This document shows, piece by piece, positions 16,142 to 20,000 of a stretch of DNA of 20,000 bases. A program made the position numbers and the translations under genes. Within the stretch, counting starts at the first letter, position 1. Each line of letters starts with the position of its first letter. The notes below the pieces were generated by a model. It did not search any database and was not told the origin of the DNA. It saw nothing but the letters and a program-made list of their open reading frames with translations. The stretch lies in IMG/VR virus record IMGVR_UViG_3300035181_000699; one strand, written 5' to 3'. The stretch is from an uncultured virus (IMG/VR IMGVR_UViG_3300035181_000699). Its lineage: Duplodnaviria; Heunggongvirae; Uroviricota; Caudoviricetes.

Positions 16142-16438
16142 TCACACTTCCTCGACGGGGACAAATGATGGTGGCTCCACCTCTGCCATATCGCAAAGCC
16201 GGATGACATCTCCTGGGTCGGAGACCGCCTCATAATACGTGCCGATACAGCATCCAGGATGATTGCGGTCCTCCCAAATTGAGTCATATTCAGCCACGAC
16301 ACGGTGACGGCCAATCCATAGACCGGTGAGCCACACTCCAGCGCCAGCAGGCTCTTTTCCTTCCCATGCTGGCTCACCAAGTGACACCCGGATGTTCCGT
16401 CCCTGTTCGTTCGTTGCCGTTACTGTTCTGCGCCTCAT
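16142..16438 (-). CDS. Hypothetical protein, 98 aa
   Basis: AAGGGG RBS before the ATG at 16438. Confidence 0.6.
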   Translation of the reverse strand: MRRRTVTATNEQGRNIRVSLGEPAWEGKEPAGAGVWLTGLWIGRHRVVAEYDSIWEDRNHPGCCIGTYYEAVSDPGDVIRLCDMAEVEPPSFVPVEEV

Positions 16439-16489
16439 CGTCTCATCCCCTTGCCCACGTACAAGGCCCATGGGTGGGCACCCATTGTG

Positions 16490-16858
16490 TCAAAACTCCG
16501 GGCAAATAATCCCGTATCCGGCCCAGTCGTGCTTGATGTCCAAACCCTTCGCAATACTGCAATCAATCTTCAATGCATAGCCACGCGGGTCGAGGTCCAG
16601 GACGATGTCCGGGCCTCCTGCCCCAAGGATTGCCCGAGCTCTCCGCCGGAAGCTGGAGGCCTTGTGCTCGACTTCTTCGTCGCTCGCGTCAAGATAATTG
16701 CAGAGTGCCTCCGCGTAGTGGTGGGCCTCCACCTCCAGGCGGCGGAGCCGCTTGCAGAGGGTCAAAGGGTCGTCAACCGCATTGGGATACAGAGACCGCA
16801 GTTTCTCACCATGCGCCAGCATCCCCAAAACTCGCCTTTCCGCCTTTGTTGTCTTCAT
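16490..16858 (-). CDS. Hypothetical phage protein, 122 aa
   Basis: GAGGAG RBS; DPRGYALKI motif. Confidence 0.65.
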   Translation of the reverse strand: MKTTKAERRVLGMLAHGEKLRSLYPNAVDDPLTLCKRLRRLEVEAHHYAEALCNYLDASDEEVEHKASSFRRRARAILGAGGPDIVLDLDPRGYALKIDCSIAKGLDIKHDWAGYGIICPEF

Positions 16859-16944
16859 TGTCTCAGCTCCTCTCTTTTTCTTGGCCGTGTTATCTGGTGG
16901 GGAGTTTCCCTGCTACACCCACCACCGGCATACCTTCTATTGTG

Positions 16945-17250
16945 TTACTCGTCAGCCACTTCCACCAAGAGCCTGTCAATGCTGAGATTGCTTAGGCGAA
17001 AGGTCTTTCCTCTGCCATACTTAAGAGAGATTTCAAACCGTCCTGGCATGCGCTTCCACACTCTGACTTTGCCTTTGACACGTGCGAGACGGGCATTTCC
17101 TTCTAGAGTTCGGCACCATATTATGGAGCCTGCGGGAGTGCTCAATGCTTCATCCAAGGTCATCTGACGGAAAGTACCGCGTCCCTCCCGTCCACTGTAC
17201 TTGGGCAACTCACTGTACTTGGGCAACTCTATGGTCTTTGCTGTCTTCAT
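16945..17250 (-). CDS. Basic hypothetical protein (paralog of 19452..19739)
   Basis: GAGGTGTAAG-ATG at 17250; GREGRGTFR and WKRxPGRF shared with the paralog. Confidence 0.7.
   Translation of the reverse strand: MKTAKTIELPKYSELPKYSGREGRGTFRQMTLDEALSTPAGSIIWCRTLEGNARLARVKGKVRVWKRMPGRFEISLKYGRGKTFRLSNLSIDRLLVEVADE
17193..17228. repeat. Perfect 18-bp tandem duplication (ELPKYS x2)
   Basis: CACTGTACTTGGGCAACT at 17193-17210 and 17211-17228. Confidence 0.95.
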
Positions 17251-17251
17251 C

Positions 17252-17587
17252 TTACACCTCATCTTCCCGAGCCTGATTGTTGACCTCCGGGAATCTCTTT
17301 TGCATGTACCTGGTGAGCAGCAGTCCCCGGCAGCCACTGTGCCTTCTGTTCTGATGATAGTATGCTTCCACTTGCCGCCGGTCATACTCCAGGTCGGACA
17401 TGGTGTCCACGTCCAGGACGCCAAGATGCCGGTTGATCTTGGCCGCAAGGCGGCCTCGAAACCACTCAAGCCATTCCTTGGTAGTCAGGACTTCGCCATC
17501 CACATCCACGAATGGCATGTTTGGCGCCCACCTCTTGGCTGCTCGGTATGTTGCCACAAGTTCCTTGGCTGTGTAGGTCTTAGTCAT
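17252..17587 (-). CDS. Hypothetical protein, 111 aa
   Basis: AAGGGG RBS; preceded by a promoter motif and a hairpin. Confidence 0.65.
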   Translation of the reverse strand: MTKTYTAKELVATYRAAKRWAPNMPFVDVDGEVLTTKEWLEWFRGRLAAKINRHLGVLDVDTMSDLEYDRRQVEAYYHQNRRHSGCRGLLLTRYMQKRFPEVNNQAREDEV

Positions 17588-17632
17588 CTTCTGCCCCTTA
17601 TTGATTAGGTGGTCCCCACCACCTAATTCTGG

Positions 17633-17660
17633 AATACAGTATCAGCAGAAATAGATTAAG
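17633..17660 (-). promoter_or_regulatory. Putative phage promoter CTTAA-N15-ACTGTATT
   Basis: Near-identical to 18110-18137, including the spacer TATTTCTGCTGAT. Confidence 0.6.
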
Positions 17661-18072
17661 CACCTGCTCCTTGCGGCTCTCCTGCTTTTGTTGCAGGGCC
17701 AGCGTCTGGCATTTCTGACACTTGCACATGGACTTCGAGCCCATACACATCGTCAACTACAAAGCCAGGACTGCATCCGCAAGAGCACCCTGCCTCTTGG
17801 TCCCAGTGAGCTGATGTGCCTCCAATCAGCCCCAAAACAGTGGGCAGAATGTCTCGTCTGTACACGTCTATAGGCCGACAATGTCTGTTTATCAGATTGT
17901 CAATGATAGTTTCATTGACCGGCCAGATGTATATCCTGGCTCTCTTTGACAGGTCTCTCCGGGCCTCCAGGATATCTTCGTATGTGTATTTGTCCTCATT
18001 TTCCGGCTTGGTCATGAGGTCAAGCTCTGCTCGTGCGCTGATTATTTGTATGTCCCCAGTGATTGTTAGCAT
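17656..18072 (-). CDS. Hypothetical phage protein with CSCGCSPGF motif
   Basis: AAAGGAG RBS; WDQEAGCSCGCSPGF. Confidence 0.7.
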   Translation of the reverse strand: MLTITGDIQIISARAELDLMTKPENEDKYTYEDILEARRDLSKRARIYIWPVNETIIDNLINRHCRPIDVYRRDILPTVLGLIGGTSAHWDQEAGCSCGCSPGFVVDDVYGLEVHVQVSEMPDAGPATKAGEPQGAGA

Positions 18073-18109
18073 AGCACTCTCCTTTCTTGACCGCCTCGGT
18101 CATCTATGT

Positions 18110-18137
18110 TATACAGCATCAGCAGAAATAAATTAAG
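18110..18137 (-). promoter_or_regulatory. Putative phage promoter CTTAA-N15-GCTGTATA
   Basis: Immediately downstream of the sigma-like gene; matches the other copies. Confidence 0.6.
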
Positions 18138-18779
18138 TCAATGTGCCTCAGCGAACTGCCTGAGCTTCTGCGTCAGCCCGTTCAGTGCCTGGTTCACGGC
18201 AGCAGGAGTCACGTGCAAGGCGGCAGCGATTGCCCGCTGGGATGGCTTCACCGAGCGCTCTGTCTGCCCTTTTTCTGCGTTTTCGTGGCCGAGACGGATG
18301 GCCTGCCGATAGTGCTCCTGCCCATACAGGATCTCCATCAAGACCCTTTTCTCCAGCCCACTGCAAATTTCTGCCAGGTGCGCGTATGCTTCCTGCAAGT
18401 AGATATCCTCGTCAAAGGTCACATTGTATGATGCCTCGACGGGCTCCTCCTCATCCTCGTCAGGAGTCATAGACACCAAGTCACTGACCCGCTTTTGCGC
18501 GTAGTGCGCTTGGAGGGCCAGACTGACATCCCCGTACAAGCACTTCAGGACAATGTTCTTGAGATGCTGACGGGACTCCACTTTGTCCTTGTATCGTGTG
18601 TATGCCTGGAACGCTGAGAGAAGCATTTCCTGGTTGGAGTCTTCGTCACCACTGTACAGCCAAGAGTATTTCCTGGAGAGGTGGTGGGTCAGGGGCTTCA
18701 GCTCTGCCTCCAGTTCCTCCCATGTCTGTACAGGTCGAAGTTCCTGGTTGCCATTGGTGGTCCCATTTTGCTCGGTCAT
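18138..18779 (-). CDS. Second sigma-70 family factor-like protein (SigH/ECF-like size)
   Basis: Region 2-like LSRKY..DEDSNQEMLLSAFQAYTRY; region 4-like SGLEKRVL..SQRAIAAALHVTPAAVNQALNGLTQKLR. Confidence 0.7.
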   Translation of the reverse strand: MTEQNGTTNGNQELRPVQTWEELEAELKPLTHHLSRKYSWLYSGDEDSNQEMLLSAFQAYTRYKDKVESRQHLKNIVLKCLYGDVSLALQAHYAQKRVSDLVSMTPDEDEEEPVEASYNVTFDEDIYLQEAYAHLAEICSGLEKRVLMEILYGQEHYRQAIRLGHENAEKGQTERSVKPSQRAIAAALHVTPAAVNQALNGLTQKLRQFAEAH

Positions 18780-18848
18780 AGTGTGCCCCCTTTCTGGTGG
18801 GGCTGGACAAGCCCCACTTAAGGATTATAGAGTCGTGCTGTTTTAATC

Positions 18849-18895
18849 CTCCACGCTCTCGTCGTCAGAGAGCAACGAAACTAAGGTCTCCTGTA
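18849..18895 (-). repeat. Copy B of the ~50-nt duplicated hairpin element (copy A at 4489-4535, + strand)
   Basis: Shares an identical 15-mer GACGAGAGCGTGGAG and upstream TACAG..GAC..GTTTCRTTGC. Confidence 0.8.
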
Positions 18896-19372
18896 TTATT
18901 GCTTGGCCTCATACGCAAAGCCCAGACCCCTGAACCATGCTTTGGCAGACAAAGTTCCTTGCGCCGCTGGGTCCAGTATTTTGAGCGCAGAAGCCAATAC
19001 GGCAAGATGCTTCTGCTCTTGCTCTGCCTGCCACAGGTGTGTCACGTTTGTCAGTGCATAGGTGCAATTGTGTGCCCACGGCTGAGCGGAGAGCAGGTCC
19101 TCTACACCCTTTTCTATCTCCTGCTTGAGCAGCTCGATTGCCTCCTCCGGAGTGACCTCCTTGGTCAGAACTCTTGACAGCAGACCCACCAGTTTCCGTT
19201 GGTCAAACTGCTCCAGCTCTGCCTTGTATGCTGTCTCGTACCATGCCAGATTGGTGGTCACACTCTGCTTCATCTTTTCCAGCGCGTGCAACCTGGTCTT
19301 CTCGGAGAACTCAATGTTCTGGAGCAGCAGGTTATTGAAGTCACCCAGTTCCTTCATGGTTTTCTCGTCCAT
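18896..19372 (-). CDS. Hypothetical helical protein, 158 aa
   Basis: AAGGAGGAGTAAA-ATG at 19372. Confidence 0.7.
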   Translation of the reverse strand: MDEKTMKELGDFNNLLLQNIEFSEKTRLHALEKMKQSVTTNLAWYETAYKAELEQFDQRKLVGLLSRVLTKEVTPEEAIELLKQEIEKGVEDLLSAQPWAHNCTYALTNVTHLWQAEQEQKHLAVLASALKILDPAAQGTLSAKAWFRGLGFAYEAKQ

Positions 19373-19451
19373 TTTACTCCTCCTTCTGTTGTCCCCATGG
19401 TGGGGTGGATAATCCCACATTTCTGGACTGCTCATCTCTGCGTCTGCTGGC

Positions 19452-19739
19452 TTACTTTTCCTCCACCTCCGCAAGGAGTGCCCAGCCGAGATAATGCTGG
19501 TTCATGCGATGGCGCTCATGCAGGCCATATTTTATGGGAAACTCGAACCGTCCTGGCGTGCGCTTCCATGTTTTGACTCTGCCGGTGACGCGAGCACGTC
19601 GAGCATCCCCCCACGCGCTCCGAAACCATATTTCTTGCCCAGGCCTCAGAGACAACACATCCTCAATGCTCATCCACCTGAATGTGCCGCGTCCCTCCCG
19701 CCCATTATACTTCAGCAGCTCTACGGTCTTTGTCTCCAT
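19452..19739 (-). CDS. Basic hypothetical protein (paralog of 16945..17250)
   Basis: AAGGAGGAGTAAA-ATG; shared motifs with the paralog. Confidence 0.7.
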   Translation of the reverse strand: METKTVELLKYNGREGRGTFRWMSIEDVLSLRPGQEIWFRSAWGDARRARVTGRVKTWKRTPGRFEFPIKYGLHERHRMNQHYLGWALLAEVEEK

Positions 19740-19802
19740 TTTACTCCTCCTTCTGTCATCTCAGTCCTAATCCTCAGTGACAGGTCACGTGTCACATCAC
19801 CG

Positions 19803-19851
19803 CCTAACCCCCCTAAACCCCCCTTAGGCCCCCCTAAACCCCCCTAAACCC
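19803..19851. repeat. C6-tract repeats (CCCCCCTAAA-like); G-quadruplex potential on the - strand
   Basis: C6 at 19808, 19818, 19829 and 19839, plus C3 at 19849, separated by TAAA or TTAGG. Confidence 0.85.
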
Positions 19852-19873
19852 TTGGAAATAAAGGGGTTACGGG

Positions 19874-20000
19874 CTTACGGCTCACGCCTTACGGCTCACG
19901 CCTTACGGCTCACGCCTTACGGCTCACGCCTTACGGCTCACGCCTTACGGCTCACGCCTTACGGCTCACGCCTTACGGCTCACGCCTTACGGCTCACGCC
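19874..20000. repeat. Perfect 14-bp tandem array (CTTACGGCTCACGC) x9, running off the window
   Basis: 127 bp = 9 full units + 1 base; the unit consists of two related 7-mers, CTTACGG and CTCACGC. Confidence 0.97.

Noticed and set aside
15607..16380. 5'-extended ORF-track starts (16380, 17469, 19474, 7998, 8699, 9348, 14710, 130)
   Set aside because: Most extensions overlap upstream genes, and the downstream ATGs have clear RBSs, so those were used instead
18849..18895. Hammerhead or HDV-like ribozyme in the duplicated element
   Set aside because: CTGACGA is on the - strand while CGAAAC is on the + strand; copy A lacks CTGANGA; no HDV-type P1/P3 pairing could be built
19803..19851. Eukaryotic (TTTAGGG) telomere
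   Set aside because: Only a few irregular units with C6 tracts, in a clearly prokaryotic-virus gene context with Shine-Dalgarno sites
19874..20000. CRISPR array
   Set aside because: The units are 14 bp and directly abut one another with no unique spacers; no cas genes are in the window

Overview
The window is very probably part of a large bacteriophage genome: dense ORFs, strong GGAGG(TG) ribosome-binding sites, no host housekeeping genes, and no tRNA, rRNA or CRISPR seen. A + strand block (1-4472) encodes a Holliday-junction-resolvase-like nuclease, an SLT lytic transglycosylase, a 5-hmdU DNA kinase-like (aGPT-Pplase1) protein with an AT-hook tail, small hypotheticals and a GNAT acetyltransferase. 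It converges on a long - strand block (4539-19739) with two sigma-70-family proteins, a second 5-hmdU DNA kinase-like protein, a class II (Ntn) glutamine amidotransferase fused to an amino acid:DNA transferase (aGPT-Pplase2) domain, a SNF2/HARP-like helicase and about 30 small early-type genes. The main finding is a candidate thymidine hypermodification pathway: two kinases, the GATase-AADT fusion and the GNAT could aminate 5-hmdU directly from glutamine and then acetylate it. Also seen are a recurrent promoter-like motif (CTWWA-N15-RYTGWATW, 5 copies), a duplicated ~50-nt hairpin element, three paralogous small-gene pairs, strong GATC depletion, and a right end with C6 tracts and a perfect 14-bp tandem array, possibly a genome terminus or origin. 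All family assignments come from motifs recognised by eye, not from database searches.
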